From Neoconidiobolus thromboides FSU 785 (lineage: Eukaryota > Fungi > Entomophthoromycota): a stretch of 64,000 bases of DNA. The DNA lies in contig MU626281.1 in the NCBI GenBank assembly GCA_025603075.1, forward strand, positions 1 through 64,000, in the 5' to 3' direction. The translations under genes and the position numbers were made by a program. Of the stretch, positions 26,566 to 37,904 are shown one piece after another. How positions within the stretch are numbered: position 1 is the first letter of the stretch; each line of letters opens with the position of its first letter. Below the pieces are notes generated by a model. It was not told where the DNA came from, did not search any database, and worked only from the letters and a program-made list of their open reading frames with translations.

Positions 26566-29500
26566 ATAAATCGTCATGTTATATTATTTTGAGACTGATC
26601 ATAGTGTCGGTAGAGTCATATACTGCGTTAGATTTGGTCATTTACTAAAGCTATATTTACTAGATCTATGCTCAAAATAACATTGTAAGCACATTTTAAC
26701 ATAATTCTACATTGTCGTTTTAATATTAGTCCTGATATCAAGAGATTTAAATCTAGAATCAAATCTAACATCTAAGCCAAGTTTAATATAAATCCTAAAT
26801 ACCTACTCATAAAACTTCATAATAAGATATACATATGTAATTTTTTACTAATATTTATATAAACACTTCAGTCATAAAGACCAAGTTTAATATTTTATTA
26901 TGATGATATATTATAATATAAATTATCCCTTTAGTATACATCGAGTTTGTAAGACGTAACTCGAAAATAACATTATAATATAAATAGAAAAGAATCCGGG
27001 ATATGTAAATTTATATTAGATTTTGAACCTTGTTACTAGTGTATCCCCACATATATACTATCAGTTCAATTCAGGAGTCCAAGTATCATTTAAAATGCTT
27101 TACATATAGTTTGTTTTCATTATGTTAAGGTGCTTTATATTTTAATCTAAAATAGTATTTTTTATCCGCTTAAAAAGCTATTTTAGCCAAGACTTGATGA
27201 AAAAGTAGAATGTAAATGATATTAAATATATTAAAGCTGAGTAGTTTTTCGTAATAATTTTTATACTAGTTTCTATATTAACTTCCCATCAATGATTGGT
27301 TCAAATTTAGCTTTACTTACCAATAAAAGGTAGTTATCTAGTTTCTATAAAAATATGTATTGATATTTAAGTAATATTTGATGCCATTAAAAGTAAAAGT
27401 TTAAATTTAATGTTAGACCATCATTTTAGTATCTTGCGTTATTATAGTTCTTGAAAAAGTTCAGCATTAATTATAAAAGATCGAGGTGGTTTTCATTTTA
27501 CAAATATCGGCTTAAAGTAGTGTAGCTAAGTACAAAAAAATACACAATGTTGACCTTTCAATTGGTAAAGGTTCAAATTCCGTAAAATAGTGGCAACCAA
27601 TTGAGTTTATATAATAAGTGAATTTAGGTATTTAATTAGTTGATCTATCTTATTGAATTTGGGCTTGTACTAATTAAAGATTAATCGTATCTTTTTTTCG
27701 TACTTGGGTATACATATAAGATGCATAAACATGCTACAAAATCAAAAGGAGTTAAAAAAGTTGACTTGAAACTAGTAAGAATTTAAAAATATCCCAAAAG
27801 TTATTCGTAATGGTAGCTTTAGTCAATTTTTGAAACAAAGGTATGAAGAACAACGCTACATTTGGTTGTAATGACAAATGATCGAAATAAGATCCATTAC
27901 TTTAAGTAGTAGTAGCTCCAATGCAATGTTAGATTGCTGCTTTAAGAAGTAGCCGTAATATATAATTGAACGTACTATCCTAAGAAAGGGAAAGTTTAAA
28001 ATAGGAAATATAAATTCAATGGGTTATAATGCCCACTACACAAAACTAAACTTTAAAGTAGGTCATGAGATAGGTTGGTACTAGTAAATTACAAGTAAAA
28101 TGATCTATCATTATAATATAAAATGTTAAATTCAAATGTAGAATGTAAATGAATAAAAAGCATCTAGTCTAAAGCTAGAGTAAGTATGATATCATCACTT
28201 GATTCAGCTATTTTATATTTATAAGGAAAAGGGAACTTTAGCTGCTAAAACATACATATTACAGTTAGATACTCCATGAAATATAGTATAATATTTCGTG
28301 AAATTTAAATTAATTTTACTTTAGTTTTAATTCAACTCAAGTTCTAGATCCTTATTTTTAAACCTTGAATCTTAATGGGCAATCGTTTTGTATCTTCAGA
28401 ATTTTAATTATTTTTTCAGCATATTAATTGGGCTTTGAAATGCTAAAGATAATTATACTAATCTAGCCTTGATTAATAGAAGACTATTACATTCCTGAAA
28501 CTATGATATTATTTACTAAACAAGATTGCATACTTTGTTAATAAAAGTGTGTATGTATACGAAATTGATACTGAAATAATAGTATAAAGTTTTTACAAAA
28601 TTCATAAAAGTATAAGTACAAATAAGATAAGATACATAGATGAATCAAAAAGTTCGATTTGATTAAAGGTCAGTTGTACTAAAACTAATAGAAAAATAAT
28701 TTTATAGTTGGTTCACCTCGAATTGAAAATAGAAGATAGGTTTAAATACCAGTAAACTCCAGGCAAAACTTTTAATTAAAATTTTGCATCACATTTTAAC
28801 AAAGCATGGTTTATAAATTGACTTACTACTTTTTCCTTATTAACTACTTATGGTAATTTCATCAATAAATCGCTTTTATATTAATTTTAAAATTATAAGT
28901 ACAAAAAAAAGATACTAGCAATGATAATAATTAAAATAGTAGCATATTAGATTACATTTGTTTATAAATAATCTTATAGTTTAGTGTTATATCAATCCAA
29001 ATTATTAATTTTTAAGCAGTAAACTTTAAGAAAAATCAATTAACCAAATAACTGATTTTAAAAAACATTGCTATTTATTCTTAATTTGAGATGAAACCAC
29101 CTATAGAAGAGGATTTGAAATGGAAATTTAAGCTATCAATTAGTAACTTAAATTTTATTTCAATCTCCAGAAGCAAATTAAAGCAAAAAAAGACTTAATT
29201 ATAATCTAAAAGGATAGGGTTCATTTCATTAAATATTTTAATTAAATATTGATGTTAACATTTTAATTAAAATGTTATTGACTACTTTATTTACTTATTA
29301 TTAACTTTTTACAACTTCTATAATTGTAGGGTGTATTTTATTTCTCAATCTTAAATCGATTTTTAATTACCAAGATCTTGATTCATACCGAAATTCTAAT
29401 ACACAACATTAAAAAATCTATAATCCTAGACAAAATATTTACAATGCATTTACCAGTTAGTCTGTTATCTAACTTATATTCTAATAATTTCTTTGATTGA

Positions 29501-30539
29501 AATAAGAGTGAGAATAAATATTTTAAGAAAAATCAATTTAAACAGGCAATATTTGAGCCTCATTTGCATCCTTTTAATAATAAAGATGAATTAAATTACT
29601 TTTTATTAATCGAAAAAAGTGGATATCAGTAAATTTGTCAAGTATGGTCTTTAGCTAAATCAAATTTGATGGGGTGGGTCATTAGATGCAACGATCAAGC
29701 TTTGACGCAGATTTCCATCTTAGCTAAATTTACTAAATTTGAATCAATTTTGAAATATATTATTGTATTATTGTACGATCCTTGATTAATAATAATTATA
29801 GTTTTGATGATAAAAGAATTGACACAACCCTAACTTTTATTGTAATATCAGTACTAATAATAATTTATTATTCAAATATTTTTCAACTATCTTGGTGTGA
29901 TTAAGCTTTTATCGTTATAAAATATTTGAATAAAATAGGATTACCCACTGAATTAGCTATAAAATGATCTAACTATTTCTATATTTGGAGTTCTTAACAT
30001 TCAATAAGATTAACTTGCATAAATGCAGTCTAAATGCTAATAAACTTTGTTTAAAATTCCGCCAAATCTATTTTCTTTCTTTCAGGTTGAAATTTATATA
30101 ATCATTTATTTAGGCAAGAATAGTTTTACTTTAAATATTTGGGCTATAATGTAGATAAAACACAATTAGTGTCCAAATAGTCTGTTCATAATATGATATA
30201 TAGTTATCATAATATGTTTGAAAATATATTACTACCCTTCCTTAATAGATTAAACGCATGTAAACAAACTACAAACAGTTGCATAAAATGAAAAATTAAA
30301 TAAATTTAATGGCCCCAGATTAAAAGTATAAACCCCAATAATAATAAAGCTGTTCAACTTAAGTAGGAAATTGTTAAAATAATACTTTAATTTCCAATTA
30401 AAAGGGATTAATTTCTCGTTTTTATTTAAATCGTAGCCCCCTATTTTTAGTTATTAATTGAACCATCCATTTGACTATAAATAGCCCTCTATTTTACTTT
30501 TCTTTAAAATAAAATTTCTATTTTTTATTTTACTATACT

Positions 30540-31031
30540 ATGACTTTTTCCACTACTATCACTTTAAATAAAAGTATCTTGGATTTAAATCCTGCTTTAG
30601 ATTTAAACTATACAGTTGATTATCCAGAGCATCTATCTTCTCCTTCCTCTTCTTTTTCTTGCTCTCGTAGATCTTTTGACTTATATTATATATCAGACAT
30701 GAGTAGTGCTAATAAGCCTATATTTACTAAAGATATAGAATTACCATCTATCCATAGTATATTAGGAGATATATTGCAAGAGCAATCTCCTATTAGCAAA
30801 CAAGCTACTATAGTAGATAAAACATTTAATGAACGTGAGTGTAGTTTTATAAATATAATAGGCGAAAAAATAGTAAAAAGACCACGTAGAAAATATCATG
30901 AAGTAAATAGAAAATACCATTGTAATTATCCATATTGTACTCGCTCCTATGGAGCATTAAATCATTTGAATGCCCATATCAAAATGTTTAACCATGGACC
31001 TAAAAGAAAAGCCAAAGAATTTAAAGCTTAG
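30540..31031 (+). CDS. Con7-like single C2H2 finger protein (ZF7, 163 aa)
   Basis: KRPRRKYHEVNRKYHCNYPYCTRSYGALNHLNAHIKMFNHGPKRKAKEF; LPSIHSILGDIL motif; TATAAATA about 60 nt upstream. Confidence 0.9.
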   Translation: MTFSTTITLNKSILDLNPALDLNYTVDYPEHLSSPSSSFSCSRRSFDLYYISDMSSANKPIFTKDIELPSIHSILGDILQEQSPISKQATIVDKTFNERECSFINIIGEKIVKRPRRKYHEVNRKYHCNYPYCTRSYGALNHLNAHIKMFNHGPKRKAKEFKA

Positions 31032-31546
31032 ATTTTATATTATAGTACCTCACTTTATATATATATCATTGTTGATATATACCTCTTGTAATTATACATT
31101 TTATCTTTATCAATTTATCAAAAGCTTTGAGTAATTTTAAACTCAATTTATAAAAATAAAATATTCTCATCCTTATTTTTATTATTTTACTGTCATTTAA
31201 TTTTATTTCTATTTTTAATATTATAATATTAGCCCATTATTTAAAAGCATAGTTCAGAGTAGCAATATTGATATTACACAAAAATAAGTACATCATTAAC
31301 ATCTAAAGCATATCGGAATTAAATACTTTAATGATGAAATAGCTAAAAAATAACATAATCGGCCTAAACAAATTGAATCCAAATCTCTATTTTAAACTTT
31401 AATTATTTCATAAAGCCTAGATATCTAAAATCAATAAATTAACAAATATAGTTAAACACAAAATAAAAATACGCAGTAGAATTATTAAAAAAAGACGGCG
31501 TAATCCGGACTATACTTATATGCAGTAAAAGGGTAAACTTCAATAT

Positions 31547-31645
31547 AGGGGGTGTTTTTTTAATTTCATCACTTTTTCTATTTTTCAAGCATTATTTAAA
31601 TATAATAGCTCTTAGTGAAGTTTTTAAACAAAAAAATATATCTCC
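31547..31645 (-). mobile_element. MITE copy (reverse, degenerate)
   Basis: AGGGGGTGTTTTTT...AAAAATATATCTCC; flanks ATAT/ATAG. Confidence 0.65.
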
Positions 31646-32370
31646 ATAGGTTATTTTTAATTCTAAATAAGCTATTTTTAGACAAGCATTGTTTATTTAT
31701 TAATAACCTTGTCTTTTATCAGATATATAGTACAATGTATTTTAAACAACTTTAGCATGATCAAAACTATATACTTGTGTTAGAGGAAGTGTTTATTGTT
31801 CTAGTTGAATCAAACTCTCTGATAAAAAAGTCATGTAAAATCCTCAATACTTTTAGATTCAGATTGATATTTTTTAAAGAAATCTCAAAAGTACTAATAT
31901 TTAAATGTTAGATTAATAATAAAGATTAATTAGTAATTAAATGGGAATAAAGGTGTTAAAAATTGTGGGATGACTTTGGACATATTTAAATTATAACCGC
32001 AACGGTTAACTCATTTTGTAAGTTATTATCTATTCTAAATAAGTACAAAAAAAAGGCAAGAAAGATAAAGGTTTGTAGCGATACACCAAAAAAACCTGCT
32101 TGAATATTTTTTTAAAAAGTAGTAGTTTTTTATAGTTCAAAAAAAACTGAATAAAAAAGTATCAAAAGCATCAAGTCTTAAAGACTACTTTTTTATTATA
32201 ATTTCACAATACATTACAAATCCAAAATGTTAAAACATTTTACTTTTAAAAATAGACTGTTTAAGAAAACCCTTACTTAATGCGACCTGACTGTAACCTA
32301 AATATAAATTGTTTATAGAACTGAAGTTGTAAAAACAAATAATAGTCAACTTTTTCTTTAAAAATATATT

Positions 32371-32469
32371 GGGCATGTATTTTTGTGTTTAAGAATTTTA
32401 CTAACAATTTTTCCATTCAAATAGTGCTTAAAAAATGGAAAAAGTAATGAAGTCAAAAAAAACACTCTC
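32371..32469 (+). mobile_element. MITE copy (forward)
   Basis: GGGCATG...AACACTCTC with an intact family core. Confidence 0.82.
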
Positions 32470-32693
32470 AATATTAAAATATTTTATTAAAAACTATTTA
32501 TGTTTTAAAAAATAAATTATTATACATAAAAACTTTGTTTTTTAAAATTAAATTATTAATAAGGATCCCAACAAGTTTAAAAATATATACATCAAAATAG
32601 TATTATATATAGAAAATAAAAATAAAAGTGTTTAATTGATAGTACTAAAGATTTTTTATAGTTTTTTGCTTTCAAATTTAACTGTAATGATTT

Positions 32694-32791
32694 GGGGATG
32701 TTTTTTTTGGCTTCACTACTTTTTCATCTCTTAAGCACTATTTGAGTGGAAAAATTGTTAGTAAAACTCTTAAACAAAAAAACATATCCTC
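32694..32791 (-). mobile_element. MITE copy (reverse)
   Basis: GGGGATG...CATATCCTC; ATTT both sides; 96/98 identical to the inverted copy at 32930. Confidence 0.9.
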
Positions 32792-32929
32792 ATTTTCTAT
32801 TTTATTTTTGCTAGTTTTTTTAGGTTTTTTTATTAGTTATTAAATTAGTTTTTTATACCTATCAACAGTTTAATTAAATTAACTACAATACTAAGCTTTA
32901 AGTTTTTTAGTTATAATTTATATATATAT

Positions 32930-33027
32930 GGGGATATGTTTTTTTGTTTAAGAGTTTTACTAACAATTTTTCCACTCAAATAGTGCTTAAGAGATGGAAA
33001 AGTAGTGAAGCCAAAAAAAACATCCCC
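32930..33027 (+). mobile_element. MITE copy (forward)
   Basis: GGGGATATG...CATCCCC; ATAT both sides. Confidence 0.9.
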
Positions 33028-33198
33028 ATATTACGATTTTTATAAACTTAATTTTTATAAATTTTGTTGTAAGCATAATTTCTAGATAAAAAGAAATAAA
33101 GATCAATAAATATAGATAAAATGTCAATATTAAAACTATTATTACAACTATTAGCCTACTTTTAATATGTTATTACATAATATCATTAATTTAGGTAT

Positions 33199-33293
33199 GG
33201 TGATGTTTTTTGATTTCATTATTTTTCCATTTTTTAAGCACTATCTGAGTGGAAAAATTGTTAGTAAAATTTTTAAACACAAAAAAATATTCC
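33199..33293 (-). mobile_element. MITE copy (reverse)
   Basis: GGTGATG...ATATTCCT; family core; flanks GTAT/ATAT. Confidence 0.8.
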
Positions 33294-34377
33294 TATATAT
33301 AAATTTTATATTTAATTTAATGTTAGGATATTAGGATTTTTCTAAAGCAATCTGACCTTTTTTGTGGTACAAGAGGCAAAAGCAAACTAACTGCAAATAT
33401 AGAACCAATTCTTGTAAAACTAAGCATAGTTATCAAAAAAAAGAAATTCCAATCAAAAAAAACATCATTGATTATAATAATTAAGTAATGCCCTCCATTA
33501 TAAATGTTACTTTTGATCTTTTGAAAAACTGTTTTGAACTAATAAAAAGTAGCTAATATTATATTATTGATGATTGTGGAATAAAGCGGTTACTTTATTT
33601 ATAGCGGAAGTAAAACTAAAAACTTTCAACTAAAAAATAATTGTTTATCAGAAATTTAAAAAAATGAAATGACCATTGTAGCCTATAACCTATTTTTTCT
33701 ATAAATTAAAAAGATCAGATTATTTTAGGAAAACCTTGATACTATTTTAAATTTTCACATACCAATTATTTGATTGGAATACTGTGGTAAAATTATTATT
33801 AAATTATAAATAATTATTGAAATTTTTTATTACCAACATATACCAATGAACTTCAGCACATTTATTACCTCTATTGAAATTTTAAAGTTAACGACTTCGT
33901 ATAAATACTTTATCACTAGAAGAGTTGATCCGAGTTAAAGGTTCATTAGTTGAATGTCTTGATGATAAAAAAACTTCAGATACACAATATAAGCGTTGAA
34001 ACTTTTATTATACTATATAGTGGAACTTGGAGATATTAATAGCATAGTATAATGGAGCTCTTCTCTAAATGTCTTTACCTTACTTTTATTGAATCTTGGC
34101 TCTTTCTAGTCAGCTTGATTTACAGTAAAAACTCGCCTTTGCTCAATGGATCTTGTATTTCTTAATGGTTTTAGCTGTCCCATCAAGAGGAAATCTATTC
34201 TATTCTGTAAAATCCCTTCCCTATCTTATCGCTTATACTTCATCTTCAATGACCTAGCTGACTATGATTAGTATATCAACTAAAAAGGTCTTAACTTTTG
34301 AATTATAGAAAAAAGCAATCTAGTAAAAATAAAAACATCAAAAACTAGCATTAAATTATTTAATAGTATAAATTAAA

Positions 34378-34776
34378 TTATTGGGAAAGAACTAAAGCAG
34401 CGATCATACCAACAAAGGCAGAAGCGGAATAAGGTAAAGCACCTGAGCTTGAACCTTTAGCAGGAGTTGAAGTCTTGGAGGTAGAGGATTCTTTACCGGA
34501 ACCAGTGGTAGATTTGGCATCTTTGTCAGCACCAGATGATGAGGCATCTTTGGCGCCACTGGAAGATTTTCCAGATTTATCAGCTGAAGCGGATTCAGTA
34601 GCTTTAGGACTTCCAGAGGAGGTAGTTGATGCGCTTTTATCTCCAACAATTTGGGTAGCTGAACCTTTAACTGAGGTAGAAGCACTGGTTACAGCGGAAC
34701 TGGTGGATGCTGATGAAGCATTTTCAGCAATAACGGAAGCAGAGAGAGCTAAAAGGGTAACTTGGAAAAATTTCAT
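34378..34776 (-). CDS. Small Ser/Thr/Lys-rich secreted protein with GPI-type C-terminus (GPI1, 132 aa)
   Basis: Signal peptide MKFFQVTLLALSASVIA from ATG 34776, TATA at about 34827-34840, low-complexity body, and C-terminal SSSGA...SAFVGMIAALVLSQ hydrophobic tail. Confidence 0.82.
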   Translation of the reverse strand: MKFFQVTLLALSASVIAENASSASTSSAVTSASTSVKGSATQIVGDKSASTTSSGSPKATESASADKSGKSSSGAKDASSSGADKDAKSTTGSGKESSTSKTSTPAKGSSSGALPYSASAFVGMIAALVLSQ

Positions 34777-36741
34777 ATTATTTAAGTTGGAAACAAAAGT
34801 TAAAGAAACTAAGTTCAAAATCACATCCTTTTATATAGTTTGAGTATATACATTAGCAAATCAGAATTTCTATTAATGTGAACACTTGTTTACATCTATA
34901 TTTAGCTGCTATGCTTGATTTTTACTTAATATATTTAACTTTACCTTTTGAGGCACCTTAAACAAGAATTTGTATTTTATAAAATATAATTTATTTAGTG
35001 GTTTATTATGGTTAACCAATCCCCAACTCATTGCTTAATTTACTATTCTTTTTGTGAATTGTATTTTCTAGTATACGGTTATACCAATAAAATAAATAAT
35101 ATATGTAGGATTCTACTACTTTTCTTAACAATCCTTAATATATTTGTATGAAGCCAACTTAAACAACATAATAAAATGTATATAATTTATTTAGCGAACT
35201 CTATATTCGAAATTTTTTATAATTTGGTAGTTAATATAAACCTTGATCAGATTGATTATTAAATTGAATGAAATCCAATTTTAGAAATTTCAATTCCAAT
35301 TTCTAGAATATAAACTTGAAGGTGAAAATCATGAGTATATTTGCGAATTAGTATAAAGAATACAAAGGAGCATGTGGGCATGGGGGATCGGTGTGTAATT
35401 AGAGTTAAAAAACATGAGTACATATACCCTATAAAAGCAATAGGACTTTGGCGCTTTTACAGAAACAACATCTCCACTATAATCTAACAACACTTGAATC
35501 AAATTTTCAAAAACGCAGTTCAAGTTAAAGTATCAAAAGTTTTTCACTCATGGAAACGAACTCGCTAAATTTTTATCAAGTCTAACTTTCAAAATAATTT
35601 CGAGAACAATTCGATCTCGAAAATAAACTAATCATGGATTTTCTCCTTTTTAGCTATTTCAAATGTGGTTATAGAGCTGTTGTAACTCTTTTTCGACTTT
35701 ATTAGCCATTATTTTTAGAATTAAGTTATTTATACAATCAATTTTTCTAGAGCTTAATGCATAAGTTTTATTAAAATTTAGCATAAGTTTCTTCTTAAAA
35801 GTAAAGTTAAGTAAGTTATAGAAAATCACAACAATTATAATCACATTCCAATTTAAATATTCTAAGTAATATTTGGTTATCTTATTTTAGTATAATATTT
35901 TTTCATGTAATCAAGTTGACTATTAAAAGGTTCATTTGAACCATTAAAATAGTTCAACAAGATAGAGCTGATTTATAACTATTTCAAGTTGTATTATAAA
36001 TAATGTTAAGAAAAGCATTCGAATTTGATAAAATGTTGGAACTTTAGGGGAGATAGATAATATTGATTAGTGCGAATATTCTTAACACATACTCCAAAAA
36101 AAATAATTTTTAATATCTATTTTTAGCCCCTTTATTTAAAATTTAAAAACAGTCTAATGTTCTATCCAAAATTTATTACACTTACATAATATAGTGGACA
36201 AGTATATTGTTAACTAATAGAACAAGATTCTAATTAATACAAAACTAGATAAACTAGTTCTATTTATTGTCCAAATATTAAATATTTTAAATAAAAGATT
36301 CAATGTGTTTTACAAGGTTAAAAATCTAATATCAGTTTTTAAATAATTCTATAAAAATAGTCATTTTAATATTGCATATTATGATTGAGATTCTATTAGT
36401 ATGATCTTTTATAATAAAATTAACTTAATAAATTACAAAATTACTTGTTAAATATTTGAAAATCCCTACTGTTCTTTAACTCTTGTCAAATGAAAAGACC
36501 TTCTAGGTTTGTGATTTTCTGTAGACAAAAGCTTGTAATTCAGTTAATAAACAAACAGGGATCTGAATCCACCGCTCAGTTTGTATACTAACTTATAAAT
36601 TTTTAATAGAATAAAAATACATTTAATAATGTAAAAGCTCTTTCAAAAATAAAAAAGTAAAATACACTAATATAAAATTGAAATTTAAAGTTACCATTTA
36701 TTAACTTTATTAGTCATTAAAAATAATCATTTTGAATGATA

Positions 36742-37904
36742 TTAATAAGAAAAAACAAACACAATAGCAATAGTCATCAAAACAGGAGTGGGTTGAAAAT
36801 AAAAGGCATTGGATTTAGAACTGTTATTCTTACTTGTTTCTGTGCTTGATTCACTTTCTGATGAAGAGCGAGTAGAGGAAGTTTGTTTATTAGTTGAATT
36901 GCTATTTTTAGTACTTGATTGTTTAGTTGAATCATTACTTGAACTTGTTTGTTTAGAAGATGAAGCATTGTTTTTAGTATTTGTTGTTTCAGTATTACTT
37001 GGTTTCAAGTCGGTAATAACAGTAGGTTTATAATGACTTTGAGTAAATAAAGATGGTTGAGTATTGTATGTTATTGAATTTGAACTTGTTTCAGTTGACA
37101 ATGAAGTTTCTTTATAACTTATTTCGATTGATGAAGATGGGACATCATAACTAGTCTCAGTTGACGATGGAGTTTCTTCATAACTAGTTTCAGTTGACAA
37201 TGGAGTTTCTTCATAACTAGTCTCAGTTGACAATGGAGTTTCCTCATAACTAGTCTCAGTCGACGATGGAGTTTCCTCATAACTAACTTCAGTTGAAGAT
37301 GAAGTTTCTTCATAACTAGTCTCAGTTGACGATGGAGTTTCTTCATAACTAACTTCAGTTGACGATGGAGTTTCNNNNNNNNNNNNNNNNNNNNNNNNNN
37401 NNNNNNNNNNNNNNNNNNNNNNNNNNNNNNNNNNNNNNNNNNNNNNNNNNNNNNNNNNNNNNNNNNNNNNNNNNNNNNNNNNNNNNNNNNNNNNNNNNNN
37501 NNNNNNNNNNNNNNNNNNNNNNNNNNNNNNNNNNNNNNNNNNNNNNNNNNNNNNNNNNNNNNNNNNNNNNNNNNNNNNNNNNNNNNNNNNNNNNNNNNNN
37601 NNNNNNNNNNNNNNNNNNNNNNNNNNNNNTCATAACTAGTCTCAGTTGACGATGGAGTTTCTTCATAACTTGTTTTAGTCAATGAAGGAGTTTCCTCATA
37701 ACTAACTTCAACTGATGAAGATGGTACATCATAACTAGTCTCAGTTAATGAATTAGAAACCTCATAACCAGATGAGCTTTTTTTCCCTGTATCATAACCA
37801 TAACTCTGTAGCAAACTAGAAGATCCCTGCTCTTCTTTATTATAATACTCATGAGAAAGAATTGATGCAATAAAACCAGCTATAGCGAATTGAAAAAATT
37901 TCAT
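36742..37904 (-). CDS. Repeat-rich GPI-type cell-surface protein spanning an assembly gap (GPI2)
   Basis: Signal peptide MKFFQFAIAGFIASILS, 11-aa TETSYEETPSS repeats on both sides of the N-run, and C-terminal SKSNA...PVLMTIAIVFVFSY. Frame across the gap cannot be verified. Confidence 0.78.
37090..37745 (-). repeat. 33-bp coding tandem repeat (TETSYEETPSS) interrupted by a gap
   Basis: CATAACTAGTCTCAGTTGACGATGGAGTTTCTT-like units recur with a 33-bp period. Confidence 0.9.
37375..37629. other. Assembly gap (255 N) inside the 33-bp repeat array
   Basis: Run of n characters. Confidence 1.

Noticed and set aside
27480-27960. Coding-like patches on both strands
   Set aside because: Could not be assigned to any protein family by eye.
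34404-34843. 93-aa (-) and 122-aa (+) ORFs over GPI1
   Set aside because: Alternative-frame and antisense shadows of a low-complexity gene.
35329-35844. 64-aa and 61-aa ORFs upstream of GPI1
   Set aside because: No motif and no ATG-based support; probably promoter DNA.
36777-37666. Several ORFs overlapping GPI2
   Set aside because: Shadows of the repeat, or artefacts of translating through the N-gap.
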